Positions 30,312-40,514 of a DNA stretch of 64,000 bases are shown piece after piece. The stretch spans positions 669-64,668 of the forward strand of contig DASYTU010000301.1 in NCBI GenBank assembly GCA_036001925.1. Direction: 5' to 3'. Under the pieces are notes generated by a model. The model was not told the DNA's origin. It did not search any database and was given only the letters and a program-made list of their open reading frames with translations. The translations under genes and the position numbers were made by a program. Position 1 is the stretch's first letter. The number at the start of each line of letters is the position of its first letter. Source of the DNA: Actinoplanes sp. GTDB lineage: Bacteria > Actinomycetota > Actinomycetes > Mycobacteriales > Micromonosporaceae.

Positions 30312-30429
30312 CGCCGTCCACAGGAGACGCCCGGGGCGGTCGGCCTGCTGCGGGCGTTCCGTGGCCTTCCTCGACGAGGTCTTCGGCGACGGGTTTCGGG
30401 CGACGGCACATTCGGCGGCGCCAACAGGC

Positions 30430-30477
30430 GCGCGCCCCGATCGCCTGCCACGGGGGAAGCGGGCGATAGGGGCGCGC
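30430..30477. terminator. 19-bp imperfect stem-loop
   Basis: GCGCGCCCCGATCGCCTGC / GCGGGCGATAGGGGCGCGC with a 10-nt loop. Confidence 0.55.
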
Positions 30478-30959
30478 AAGAGGAAGCTTAACGACACCGG
30501 ATGGCCCGCACAACGGCTGACTGTACTAGTTCTTGGGATTTCTCCTTGCGCAACGGCGGACGGCGACGCTTGGGACGAAAGGGACATATTACCATATTGC
30601 CCTAACCGGGATTAATCGGTTCGTGAATACAATTCATAACGGCATTCGGGCCGGCCTGGAATGCGACGTGAAACCCCTTGCCGATTCGGCGTAACCTCGG
30701 CGACCGGATCATTTACCCACGGCTGAGCGCGACCTACGGTCCGACCATTCACACTGGAGCCATCAGGGCAAACTCCGCGCCTTACTGTTTCGGGTGGATT
30801 TGGCCCTCGAAGATTACAGATCAAGATCTCTGTGGATGTTCCTCGGCTCGCCGCGTCAATTCGCCTGAGCAGCAGACCGCAAGGTGGCAAGCCTCGCGTT
30901 TCGCCCTCAGCTTCCGCCTCGTAGTTGCCGCTGCCCGCTTAGTCCGGCAGGCTCGGGGC

Positions 30960-31988
30960 ATGGCAGCTCAGACGAATCTCGCCGCCGTCTTGCATGGCAT
31001 CGGCGACGTGCGGGTCGAGGAACATCCGATGCCGACACCCGGGCCGAACGAGGTCGTGGTTGAGATCCGCTCGGTCGGTATCTGCGGCTCCGACGTGCAT
31101 TACTACGAGCACGGTCGGATCGGCGACTTCGTTGTCAGCAGCCCGATGGTGCTCGGCCACGAGTCCTCCGGCGTCGTCGTGGACCGCGGTCCGGGCGTGA
31201 CCGCCCCCCGGATCGGCCAGCGGGTCGCGGTCGAACCGGGCGTTCCGTGCGGGCATTGCGAGCAGTGCCGGCGCGGCAACTACAACCTCTGCCCCAACGT
31301 GGTCTTCTTCGCCACCCCGCCGGTCGACGGCGCGCTCGCCCGCTACGTCGCCGTGCACGAGGCCTTCGCGCACCCGGTACCGGACTCGATGAGCGACGAC
31401 GCGGCCGCGCTGATCGAGCCGCTTTCCGTCGGCCTGTGGGCGAACCGGCGAGCCGGCACCGGGATCGGATCGCGGGTTCTGGTCACCGGCGCCGGACCGA
31501 TCGGCGTGCTCTGCGCGCTCACCGCTCGGGCCGCGGGCGCCGCCTGGATCGGGCTCGCCGACGTGCACCCGGCGCGGCTCGAGGCCGCCCGGAAGTTCGA
31601 CGTCGACGAGGTCATCGACGCGCGGTCGGGCGTCGACTACGCCGAATTCAAGCCCGATGTGCTGCTGGAGTGCACCGGCGCACCGCCGGTGGTGACCGCC
31701 GGGATCAAGGCATTGCAGCCGCTCGGCCGCGCCGTCCTCGTCGGCATGAGCCCGTCGCCGGAGCAGAGCCTGCCGGTCTCCGTGATCCAAAACCGCGAGC
31801 TGACGGTCACCGGCACGTTCCGTTACGCCCACACCTATCCAGACGCGATCGCGCTGGTCGCGGCCGGCCGGATCAACCTCGACGCGCTGGTCGGCGCCCG
31901 CCTGCCGTTGGCCGAGTCCGAGGCGGCGCTCAAGATGGGCCACACCGACCCGTCGGTCCTCAAGACCGTGGTCGTCGTTCAAGAATGA
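30960..31988 (+). CDS. Zn-dependent NAD(P) polyol dehydrogenase (sorbitol/xylitol type)
   Basis: GICGSDVHY, GHE, CGHCEQC...C, GAGPIG, GTFRY. Confidence 0.9.
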   Translation: MAAQTNLAAVLHGIGDVRVEEHPMPTPGPNEVVVEIRSVGICGSDVHYYEHGRIGDFVVSSPMVLGHESSGVVVDRGPGVTAPRIGQRVAVEPGVPCGHCEQCRRGNYNLCPNVVFFATPPVDGALARYVAVHEAFAHPVPDSMSDDAAALIEPLSVGLWANRRAGTGIGSRVLVTGAGPIGVLCALTARAAGAAWIGLADVHPARLEAARKFDVDEVIDARSGVDYAEFKPDVLLECTGAPPVVTAGIKALQPLGRAVLVGMSPSPEQSLPVSVIQNRELTVTGTFRYAHTYPDAIALVAAGRINLDALVGARLPLAESEAALKMGHTDPSVLKTVVVVQE

Positions 31989-32360
31989 TCATTCTGGCCG
32001 GTGGCAGACCGCCTCGATGTTGTTGCCGTCGGCGTCGAACGCGTACGCGCCGTAGTAGTTCTCGTGATAGTGCGGACGCAGGCCCGGCTCGCCGTTGTCG
32101 ACGCCGCCCGCGTGCAGCGCGGCGGCATGGAACGCGTCCACGGTCGCTCGGTCGGCCGCCGTGAACGCGACGTGCACGCGGTGGCTCGGCTCGCGCACCG
32201 CGAGCCAGAAGAACGGCCGTCCATTCTCGTCGCCGAAACCGACGAGATCCGGCCGGTTGACAACTATCTTGATGCCGAGCGGCGCGAGCGCGTGCTCGTA
32301 GAAGTACCTGCTTTCGTCGAGGTGGTGCACCCCGAGGACCACATGATCGATCATCGGCAT
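31989..32360 (-). CDS. VOC/glyoxalase family protein
   Basis: IDHV, HVAF, DNGEPGLRPHY, DADGNNIEAV. Confidence 0.9.
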   Translation of the reverse strand: MPMIDHVVLGVHHLDESRYFYEHALAPLGIKIVVNRPDLVGFGDENGRPFFWLAVREPSHRVHVAFTAADRATVDAFHAAALHAGGVDNGEPGLRPHYHENYYGAYAFDADGNNIEAVCHRPE

Positions 32361-32429
32361 CCCCTTTCGCCCAGCTAGACCGTATCGCCGGGGTGCGACA
32401 GATCGATGATCTCGTGCGCCGAACGGCAG

Positions 32430-33215
32430 TCAGTACGCGCCGAGCCGTGCGGCGGCGTGGCTGACCGGCACCGTGTGCGTGACGCAGTCCGTCTCGTCGA
32501 GGATGTGCAGCAGGAACGCGGTCGGCTCGGCCAGGTAGCCCGGCGGCTCGTCCGACGTCAAGACCAGGCCTGTCTGCCGGTACGTGCTCGGTGCCACCGT
32601 GAGGATGCTCCCGGCGAACGCCGCGGTGATCGGTCTGTGCACGTGCCCGGCCATGACCCGGACGACGTTCGCGTGCGCACCGACCACCTCCTCCAGGTCG
32701 TCCCCGTCGAGCAGGCGCATGCCGTCCAGGAACGGGATGCCGACCGGCATCGGCGGATGGTGCAACCCGACCAGCGCCGGCACGTCTGGGCGCCGGTCCA
32801 GCACATCGTCCAGCCACGCGAGCTGCGCACCGCCCAGCCGCCCGGCGGGCGACCCGGGAATCAGCGAGTCCAGGGCGACCATGGTCGCGTCCGGATACTC
32901 GATCGCGTAGTGCGCCTCGATCGACTCCCCTAGCCACGGGCCGCCCCCGAACGCGTCCAGCAAAGTCTCCCGGTTGTCGTGGTTGCCGGTGAGCAGGTGC
33001 AGTGGCAACGGAAAGGCGCCGACGATGTCGCGCAGCGCGTCGTACTCGTCCGGTCGCCCATGGTCGGTCAGGTCGCCGGTGATGACGACGCAGTCGGGCC
33101 GTGGGTCGAGTGCCATGACCCGAGCGAGCGCGAGCTGCAGCCCGGAGGCGGGTTCCCCGCCGAGCGGCCCGGTGGTGATGTGCGGGTCACTGAGGTGCGC
33201 GATGAGCATCGTCAT
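32430..33215 (-). CDS. Metallophosphoesterase (CpdA/GpdQ-like)
   Basis: SDPH, TGDL, GNHD, HHPP, GHVH motifs. Confidence 0.9.
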   Translation of the reverse strand: MTMLIAHLSDPHITTGPLGGEPASGLQLALARVMALDPRPDCVVITGDLTDHGRPDEYDALRDIVGAFPLPLHLLTGNHDNRETLLDAFGGGPWLGESIEAHYAIEYPDATMVALDSLIPGSPAGRLGGAQLAWLDDVLDRRPDVPALVGLHHPPMPVGIPFLDGMRLLDGDDLEEVVGAHANVVRVMAGHVHRPITAAFAGSILTVAPSTYRQTGLVLTSDEPPGYLAEPTAFLLHILDETDCVTHTVPVSHAAARLGAY

Positions 33216-33580
33216 TAACCCATGATCCGCTCCCGAGCATGCGATTCCACCGAACCGTCAGAGACGCGTCAACCGTATGCTCCGGTGAAGCTGAACCGGA
33301 CAGACCTCCGGATCGACCCGAGCGCTCCGGACGCCGGAAACGTTACCGGGAAATGTCGTATCTACCCGTGCTCGAAAACGCGATTTCGGGCATCGCCGCC
33401 ACTCGTAAACTGCGGTTCCGGCCTGGACGGTCGGCGCGGGGACCAGGGGGCACGACGCATCTCGAGCGAGGCTGGTCGCCGGCCGGGCGCAACGGCATCG
33501 CACTCGCAGCACGAGCCTCCCGCGTGCTGCCTCCTCAGAGGACTGTCATGCCACGCACAGAAGGATTCCGGGTCCGGTCA

Positions 33581-35833
33581 ATGAGGATCGGGCGCCGGAT
33601 GGCCACGATCGTCGCGGCCGCGGTCCTCGCGGCCACCGCCGCGGTCGGACCGGCATCGCCCGCTGCGGCGGCGAACACGGAGACCTACCTCGAGGGCGTG
33701 GCCGGCGTCGGCGATGTCGCCGCGGGCGCCGGCAAGGTCTACGTCGCCGCGCTCGACCGGGTCGTCGTGGCGGATACCGGCGCGGCGGTGACCGGCGCTG
33801 TCACCGGGCTGAGCGGCGCCGAAGGCCTCGCGCTCACGCCGGACGGCAGCCGGCTCTACGTCGCGCTGAGCGGCAGCCGGGAGGTCGTCGAGATCGACAC
33901 GGCGACGCTGCAGATCATCCGCCGGGTCGACCTCGGCACGTACCCGTGCCCGACCAACCTCGCGCTGTCCGGCAACCAGCTGTGGGTCGGGTACGGCTGC
34001 TACTACCAGTGGAATGGCGGCATTGTCACGCTGGACGTCTCCACGCCCGTACCGGCCGTGACTCGGTTGGCCAGCGGAACCTACTACTCCGCGCCGCTGA
34101 TCGCGGCCGCCGGCACGACACTGGCGGCCGGCACGCCAGGGATCAGTCCTGCGACGGTCGAGGTGTACTCGGTGGACGGGGCGAACGCGACGCTGCGCGG
34201 CACCATCAGCGGCGACGCCTCCAACCTGACCGACCTCGCGCTGACGCCGGACGGCGCGATGGCGGTCGTCGCCTCCGGGTATCCGTACAGCCACGTCGGC
34301 TACAACACCACGACGCTGGCCGAGGTCCGCCGATACGGCGACCCGACGTGGGGATACCCGTCGGCGGTCGCGATCAGTCCGGACGGCGCGTACCTCGCCG
34401 CCGGACGCAACGGAAGCCCGCGGCTGTCGTTCCATACCGTCGCGGACGCGGCGACGCTGGGTCAGGCCGACAGCACGACCGGCGACCTCGTCTCCCACGC
34501 GGTCACCTTCCTCGGGCCGGATGTCTTCTCCGTCCTGAACGACTGGCAGGCCGGCCGGTTCTACCTGTGGCGGGTGGCGGGCGCGACGCTGGCGCACTCG
34601 GCCATCGCGCTGAACCCACCGGCGTCGGCGACGGCGCTCGATCCGTTGTCCATCACCGGCCGCCTCACCCTGACGGACGGGTCCGCCCCGGGCGTCCAGC
34701 AGCTCACCGTGACGAGGGCGCTGCCGGACGGCACCTCGGCGACGCTCGCGCCGGTCACCACCGCCGCCGACGGAACGTTCACAGTCACGGACACGCCACC
34801 GGTCGCCGGCGATGTCCGCTACGACGTCGCTTGGGCCGGCAACTCCACGTACCAGGGCAGCGACGCCTCGGTGACCGTGCCGGTCGCGCGCCGCGCCGCG
34901 ACGTTGACGCTGACCGGACCGGCGACCGGCGAGGCGGGTAAGCGGCTACGGCTGTCCGGCACGCTGACGCTCGACGGCAACGCGCCGAATCCACCGGCGA
35001 CGCTTGCGGTCTACCGGGCCATCTACAACAACCGCGAGGGCGGTTGGCCGCAGCGGCTCGACGACGTCATCACCGACAGCCGCGGCGGCTTCCGCTTCGA
35101 CGACACGCCGACCCAAGGCGGAAACTACGTCTACACGGTGGAATGGGCGGGCTCTGCTGTGTACGGCCCGGCGGAGGCCACCCACACGGTGTCGGTGACG
35201 TCCACCGCCTCGATGCTCACGGGTGGTATGGACCAGCCGGCGTATGTCGGGGAGCCGTACTACGTCGCCGGCGGCGTGTCCTTCGATGTGGGTTACTGCG
35301 CCGGCCCGACGACCATCCACGTCAAGCGCAAGATCGGCTCCGGACCGGTCGAGGGTCGGCCGGACGTGACGACGGATGAGTCGTGCAGCTTCCGGTTCGT
35401 GGACATGCTGACCGTGGCGGGCTCCGTCGCCTACACGTTGACCTGGGACGGCGATGCGACCCACCGGGGATCCACGCTGACCGTCTCGGGCACGGTCCAG
35501 AAACAGCCGTCGTACATCCAGGCCTGGGCTCGTGACCACTACCTGCGCTCGGGCGAACAGGCGATCATCGACGGGCTCGTCGCGGGCAGCCGTACCGGTC
35601 CCCTGGGCATCCGGCTGACCGTGCAGGTCAAGCGGACCGACCCGGCCGGCAACACGGTGCAACTGCGCGACATCACCACGGCGACCGATGGGACGTTCGT
35701 CCTCCGCGATGGTCCACTCCGCTGGGCAGAGGGCTACAACACCGCGTTCGTGTACGAGTTCTCGTGGGCCGGCAACGCCACCTACGCGGGAAGTAGCACG
35801 ACCGACACCATCTACATCACGCCACTGGGGTGA
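33581..35833 (+). CDS. Secreted protein: YncE-like beta-propeller plus Ig-like repeats
   Basis: Signal peptide; LALTPDG/AISPDG repeats; four repeats ending Y.(V/L/F).WAG/WDG. Confidence 0.8.
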   Translation: MRIGRRMATIVAAAVLAATAAVGPASPAAAANTETYLEGVAGVGDVAAGAGKVYVAALDRVVVADTGAAVTGAVTGLSGAEGLALTPDGSRLYVALSGSREVVEIDTATLQIIRRVDLGTYPCPTNLALSGNQLWVGYGCYYQWNGGIVTLDVSTPVPAVTRLASGTYYSAPLIAAAGTTLAAGTPGISPATVEVYSVDGANATLRGTISGDASNLTDLALTPDGAMAVVASGYPYSHVGYNTTTLAEVRRYGDPTWGYPSAVAISPDGAYLAAGRNGSPRLSFHTVADAATLGQADSTTGDLVSHAVTFLGPDVFSVLNDWQAGRFYLWRVAGATLAHSAIALNPPASATALDPLSITGRLTLTDGSAPGVQQLTVTRALPDGTSATLAPVTTAADGTFTVTDTPPVAGDVRYDVAWAGNSTYQGSDASVTVPVARRAATLTLTGPATGEAGKRLRLSGTLTLDGNAPNPPATLAVYRAIYNNREGGWPQRLDDVITDSRGGFRFDDTPTQGGNYVYTVEWAGSAVYGPAEATHTVSVTSTASMLTGGMDQPAYVGEPYYVAGGVSFDVGYCAGPTTIHVKRKIGSGPVEGRPDVTTDESCSFRFVDMLTVAGSVAYTLTWDGDATHRGSTLTVSGTVQKQPSYIQAWARDHYLRSGEQAIIDGLVAGSRTGPLGIRLTVQVKRTDPAGNTVQLRDITTATDGTFVLRDGPLRWAEGYNTAFVYEFSWAGNATYAGSSTTDTIYITPLG

Positions 35834-35922
35834 CCGGCCGGGCGGGGCGGCGGTGGGCTGCCGCCCCGCCCTACCCAGCACGGTCAGGTCATGTCCCTCG
35901 GCCTACCGTCGGCCGGGTCCCA

Positions 35923-36729
35923 CTATGGAGCAACACGGCCGTTTAGTGGGCGGGCAGCTGATTCCCGACGGCGTCCCACGTTCGACCGAGGACGGACCGG
36001 CGGCGTTGCGTCCCATGGCGTAGTTCGGACGAGGCGACGGGCCGGCACACCGCCGCCCTGCGCGGCGGCGTCGTCCGGCGGCCGGAGAACCCCGTCGTGT
36101 CCATCCTGGATCAGATCCACGGGTCTATCGGCGGCGGGTGCCACCGCGGGCACACCGGCGGCGAGAGCCTCCTGTACGGCCTGGCAGAACGTCTCGTTCG
36201 CACCAGAAGCTGACGGTGGGTCTGTGCCGACGGCACCTTCGTCAGGTCCGCCACGTCGTGGATCCTTCGCAACTCTCGCCAGATCAGCGGCCGGAACGCG
36301 CCCAGGCCGTGACGAGCGGCGAAGGCGGCCGCGTCGGTTTGAAACACCCCGACCGTCGGCAACGCCAGGCGTCGCGCGGAGCGCATGGCGAGGCCACCGA
36401 GGAGGGCCGGTGCCGCCAGGTGGACGATGTCCGGCTCGTACGCCGAAAGCACCGTGACCAGCTCGCGGGTTGTCGCATCGCCCACGCGGTACGTCCGGTA
36501 GCGCGGCAGCGGGATGCTCCGCCAGCCCGGTGGCGGCGAAGCCAACGACCCGTCGCGGGACTGGGGCGGGGGCCAGCACCATGGCACCGTGCCCGGTGGT
36601 GCGAAGGTGTTCGAGTGTCCGTATGACGGTGTTGCTGACCCCGTTGGTGAACGTCGGCGGACTCTCCGACGCGATGGCCACCGTCAGCCACGCCGCCGGA
36701 GTCGCGCTCGGTTCCGGTGGGGCCGGCAT
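35923..36729 (-). pseudogene. Degraded GT4 glycosyltransferase (MgtA/PimB-like)
   Basis: VAIASES...NGVSNTV in one frame, PDIVHLAAP...FQTD in another, ETFCQAVQEALAAGVP back in the first; the central part is missing. Confidence 0.8.
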
Positions 36730-36811
36730 CCGGCACTCCTTACTGTGGGCCCGCGCTGACCGGGGCTAGCGGACTCCACAGCGATCGGGTGGGACCCGGG
36801 CACCGAACAGG

Positions 36812-37540
36812 TCACGGCGAGAGCTGCTCGGCCGGTTCGGCGGCTGTCCTGGCGGTCGGGCGTTGGACGGCGGGAGCCGGGTGCCGCTGTGCCGCGAGCC
36901 GGCGCAGCATGGCGAGATTCTTACTGATCACGCCGGTCACCCCGAGCCGGCGCGCGTGTTCGAGCGCGGCCTCGGTATCCACCGGCCACACCAGGACCAT
37001 GTCGGTCGCGCGCCGCAGCTCGGTCACGATGGCCGGGGTAAGCAGCTGGCGGCGGACTGACACGCCGTACGCCGGCCGCCTTCGCAGCCGCGCACGGAGG
37101 CGGTTGAGCTGCAGCCAATTACTCGCCGAGAGCACACGGCGAACATGCGGGTCTGCGTCGAACGCGTCGAGCATGCGCCACTGCTTGGTGCAGATGGCCA
37201 CGGGTACGCCCGGTGCGGCCTCGCGCAGCACCGCGGCCACCCGTGGCGCGACCGCATGGGACGGTCCCTTGAGGTCGAGCATCAGTCGCGGGTCACCGCC
37301 GGCCGCCACCAGCACATCGGTCAGCTCGGGGATGACCAGGCTCCGCCGCCGGTTCACCTCGGTCCACATCTCCCAGAACAGATGGCGGCCAATCGCCTTG
37401 CGGTGGCGGACCTCCAATGCACCGAGGTACAGGTGCACATCCGCCTCGACAAGATCGACTGGGGCCTCGAGTGCCGCGCGCAGGTCGGCTACGTTGTTCC
37501 CGGCGCGGTGCGCCACAGTAAGGAGTGGCCGATCGATCAT
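36812..37540 (-). CDS. Glycerophosphodiester phosphodiesterase family protein
   Basis: VAHRAGN, VEADVH, LDLK, VWPVD, GVTGVIS. Confidence 0.82.
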   Translation of the reverse strand: MIDRPLLTVAHRAGNNVADLRAALEAPVDLVEADVHLYLGALEVRHRKAIGRHLFWEMWTEVNRRRSLVIPELTDVLVAAGGDPRLMLDLKGPSHAVAPRVAAVLREAAPGVPVAICTKQWRMLDAFDADPHVRRVLSASNWLQLNRLRARLRRRPAYGVSVRRQLLTPAIVTELRRATDMVLVWPVDTEAALEHARRLGVTGVISKNLAMLRRLAAQRHPAPAVQRPTARTAAEPAEQLSP

Positions 37541-37641
37541 GCCTCACGATATCGGTCATCAGCGGCGAGAACGTCACGTGACGGCGACCGGGACGCGGAG
37601 GTTACCTAACTTCGCGGTATCTCCGCACGCGTGATCATGGA

Positions 37642-37666
37642 GGTGGAGCTGAGGGGATTTGAGCCC
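37642..37666 (-). repeat. Degenerate copy of the tRNA-Ala 3' end (att-like)
   Basis: GGTGGAGCTGAGGGGATTTGAGCCC matches 40841-40865 at 24 of 25 positions. Confidence 0.8.
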
Positions 37667-37841
37667 TCCCCCGGCGTCTGCATAGCACGATCCACACCGC
37701 GGCGGCGTCGGCCGTCAACACCGCCCCCGAACCAGCCACTACCAGCCAAGACTCCGAGCCTGAAGTGCGGCTGGAGTACTGGTTTACCGGTCGGTATCCC
37801 CGTAGGGTCAGCGCAAAAGGCGCCAATTCGGGCGGTGCGGT

Positions 37842-38963
37842 ATGAGACCCGTGCTTCTTCGTTTCTTGAGTGCCACGTTGGCTATCGGGTTGACCGCCGG
37901 GTGCACGAAAACGCCATCTATCCCCATCAACCCCACACCCCGACCGGGCCACGAGAATTTCGGCGCGATCATCGATCAGGTGTTCGCCGATGACGCCACC
38001 GAATCATTTCGAAATCGGCGGGCAGTCCTGATCTCTGTGGCCGGTCGGATTGTCCTCGAGCGCTACTACCACAGCTCTGCGACGGCACGCCACGACATCC
38101 AGTCCGAGGCCAAGACGATCATGAGCACGCTCATCGGCATCGCGCTCGATGAGAAGAAACTGCGCAGCGTCGACGACACCCTGGGCGACCTGTTGCCCGC
38201 GTACCGGGGGAGCATGACGCCAGCCGTCGCGAAGATCACGCTTCGGCAGATACTCACCATGACCGCGGGCTTGCCGGATGATCAGGCCTACTACGGTCAG
38301 GTGTTGGATCACGACACGGATTGGGTCCGGCAGGCTCTCGTCGATGCGGCAGCTCAGCCGCCAGGCAGCTTTCTCTATTCCAGCGCCGGTTCCCACCTAC
38401 TGTCCGCGATCCTCGTCCAGGCGACCGGGCGTAGCGTACTGGACTACGCCCGGGAGAAGCTCTTCGACCCGCTGGGCATCCAGACCCGGCCTGCCGCCCA
38501 ACCGGTTGCCCGAGCATCGTCAACCGAGGCCTACAGCGGGGCGGGTTTCGCATGGCTGACCGATCCGCAGGGACGCAACCTCGGCGCCGGCGGGCTCAAG
38601 CTCACCGCTCGGGACATGGTGAAACTCGGCCATCTTTGGTTGGCCCAAGGCGCCTGGGGCAGCCGGCAACTCGTGTCGCGAGCCTGGATGATGGACGCAC
38701 AGCAAAGCCACGTCGCAACGGGTCAGGCGCCGGCGGATGGCTACGGCTTCCAGCAGTGGACCACCAGCGCGGACGGGCACTTCTCGTTCGCGGCAATGGG
38801 GTATGGCGGTCAACTCACGCAAATCGTTCCCGACAAGAAGCTGGTTGTCGTCGTCCAATCCGCGACGAACCCGGACCCAACGGCTCCGCCAGAACCCGGC
38901 GTAGCCGGGCCCAACAGTTACATGGCGATCGTCGATCAGCTCCTAGTCCCCGCCATGGACTGA
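37842..38963 (+). CDS. Serine hydrolase (beta-lactamase family) lipoprotein
   Basis: Lipobox TAGC, SxxK (SEAK), ILTMTAG, YSS, LFDPLGI, GYGGQ. Confidence 0.88.
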   Translation: MRPVLLRFLSATLAIGLTAGCTKTPSIPINPTPRPGHENFGAIIDQVFADDATESFRNRRAVLISVAGRIVLERYYHSSATARHDIQSEAKTIMSTLIGIALDEKKLRSVDDTLGDLLPAYRGSMTPAVAKITLRQILTMTAGLPDDQAYYGQVLDHDTDWVRQALVDAAAQPPGSFLYSSAGSHLLSAILVQATGRSVLDYAREKLFDPLGIQTRPAAQPVARASSTEAYSGAGFAWLTDPQGRNLGAGGLKLTARDMVKLGHLWLAQGAWGSRQLVSRAWMMDAQQSHVATGQAPADGYGFQQWTTSADGHFSFAAMGYGGQLTQIVPDKKLVVVVQSATNPDPTAPPEPGVAGPNSYMAIVDQLLVPAMD

Positions 38964-38992
38964 CCGGGTACATCTCTAGACCTGCTGATTCT

Positions 38993-39046
38993 TGGTGGAG
39001 CTGAAGGGATTTGAACCCCTGACCCCCTCGATGCGAACGAGGTGCG
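38993..39046 (-). repeat. Copy of the tRNA-Ala 3' two-thirds (att-like)
   Basis: 38994-39046 matches 40841-40893 with one mismatch; lacks the tRNA 5' arm; ends in an encoded CCA. Confidence 0.9.
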
Positions 39047-39408
39047 AGCCCCTCGCGGCCAGCCGTGAGAACCCGTTGCCGCAGGGTCAAGCGTGCGTGA
39101 CCCTCACAGGCTGACCGCATCTGCCCACACCTGCGCTCCCATCGCCGCCCCCAGTCCCGCTCCCACCCTGGAGCCGCCTGCTGCCACAGCGCCTACGCTG
39201 ACCGGGGCGGCGCTGCGCGAGGCTACGCGATGCCAGGCTCCGGCCAAGTGGCTTCTTCGACGACGACGACGTGGATCCATTGGCCCGGCATGTCGTGCGT
39301 CAACGAGAGACCGAGTAGGCCCCCTTACAGCGCGGCAGTTTCTGGTTTAGCTGCGTCCGGCCGAACGGGCTAGCACGGACGGGCATAGGGGATGCCAAAC
39401 TAACCCTT

Positions 39409-40077
39409 GTGGCGACTGTTCTTGACCGGGAGATGTATTCGGAGGCTGAGGCCGCCCGGCTCCTTGGCGTGCATCAATCGACGCTGCACTACTGGTTGGA
39501 AGGCGGGACCCGCGGCGCCAGGACCTACAAGCCTGTGATCCGGGTCGAGCCCAAGGGGCTGCGTACCGTCACGTGGGCGGAGTTCATCGAGGCCGGATGG
39601 CTCAGGGAGTATCGTCGGCGCAACGTCGCGATGGTGGAGCTACGCCGGTTCATCGACGTCCTGCGCGAGAAGTTCGGGGTGCACTACCCGCTGGCCGACC
39701 GTCGTCCGCTCGTGTCTGGCCGCGAGCTGGTCTACGACGCACAGACCGCTGCGCAGTTGGGCGCCGAGTACTACCTAGTGTCCGTGATTAACGATCAGCT
39801 GATGCTGACCCAGCCTGGCTGGGCGTTCGTCGACCGAGTGGAGTGGGCCGGTGACATCCCGGCTAGCTATCGGCCTGACCCGCACCCAGACTCGCCGGTC
39901 CGAATCACCCCGGATGTTCGCTTTGGGCGGCCAGCGATTAAGGGCATCAGCACGGAGGCGATCTGGGAACAGGCCGAAGTCGGAGAGGACATCGAGGACA
40001 TTGCGGAGGTGAATGGCCTGGAGGTGGCCGACGTCCGCTGGGCGCTGGCGTATGAGAACGCGCAGCACGCCGCGTGA
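39409..40077 (+). CDS. DUF433 antitoxin with N-terminal HTH (VapB45-like)
   Basis: YSEAEAARLLGV..STL..W HTH; ITPDVRFGRPAIKG DUF433 signature. Confidence 0.85.
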   Translation: MATVLDREMYSEAEAARLLGVHQSTLHYWLEGGTRGARTYKPVIRVEPKGLRTVTWAEFIEAGWLREYRRRNVAMVELRRFIDVLREKFGVHYPLADRRPLVSGRELVYDAQTAAQLGAEYYLVSVINDQLMLTQPGWAFVDRVEWAGDIPASYRPDPHPDSPVRITPDVRFGRPAIKGISTEAIWEQAEVGEDIEDIAEVNGLEVADVRWALAYENAQHAA

Positions 40078-40514
40078 GCCAGGTCAAGCCGGCGGAGATC
40101 CGCTTCTACGTCGACGCGGACATCCTTGGCCTCGCTCAAGTGCTCGCCTCCATACGAGCAGACGTCACCTATCCGGGCGACCTCGGCGCGGTGATCAACA
40201 AGCGGGAACGACCGGCATGTCCGGTAACTACCCCAGCAACCCTCGACTCGATCTGGATTCCCGAGGTGACCAGGCGTGGATGGCTAATCATCACCCGTGA
40301 CCGTCACATACAGGACCACCGTGCCGAGATCCAAGCGGTCCGCCAGTACGGCGCTCGCATGGTTGCCCTTTCCGGCAAGGAAGCACGCGGTAAGTTCGAA
40401 CAGCTCGAAGTGGTCATGTGTCAATGGCGCGCGATCGAGCGGCTTCTAGCTGACTCGGGGCCGTTCATTTATACGGCCACTAGGACCAGCCTCAAGCCGA
40501 TAGACCTTGCGTAG
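40074..40514 (+). CDS. PIN-like toxin (VapC45-like)
   Basis: FYVDAD, D..WIP.V..RGW.IITRD..I; GTGA overlap with the antitoxin. Confidence 0.8.
   Translation: MSQVKPAEIRFYVDADILGLAQVLASIRADVTYPGDLGAVINKRERPACPVTTPATLDSIWIPEVTRRGWLIITRDRHIQDHRAEIQAVRQYGARMVALSGKEARGKFEQLEVVMCQWRAIERLLADSGPFIYTATRTSLKPIDLA

Noticed and set aside
30764-30810. c-di-GMP-I riboswitch suggested by GGGCAAAC
   Set aside because: No GNRA-capped P2 or downstream GCAAAGC segment; only a weak hairpin.
37842-38963. Beta-lactam resistance gene
   Set aside because: Motifs fit the broad serine-hydrolase/esterase family; resistance cannot be claimed from sequence.
38993-39046. Second tRNA-Ala gene
   Set aside because: Lacks the 5' acceptor strand and most of the D arm; treated as an att duplicate.
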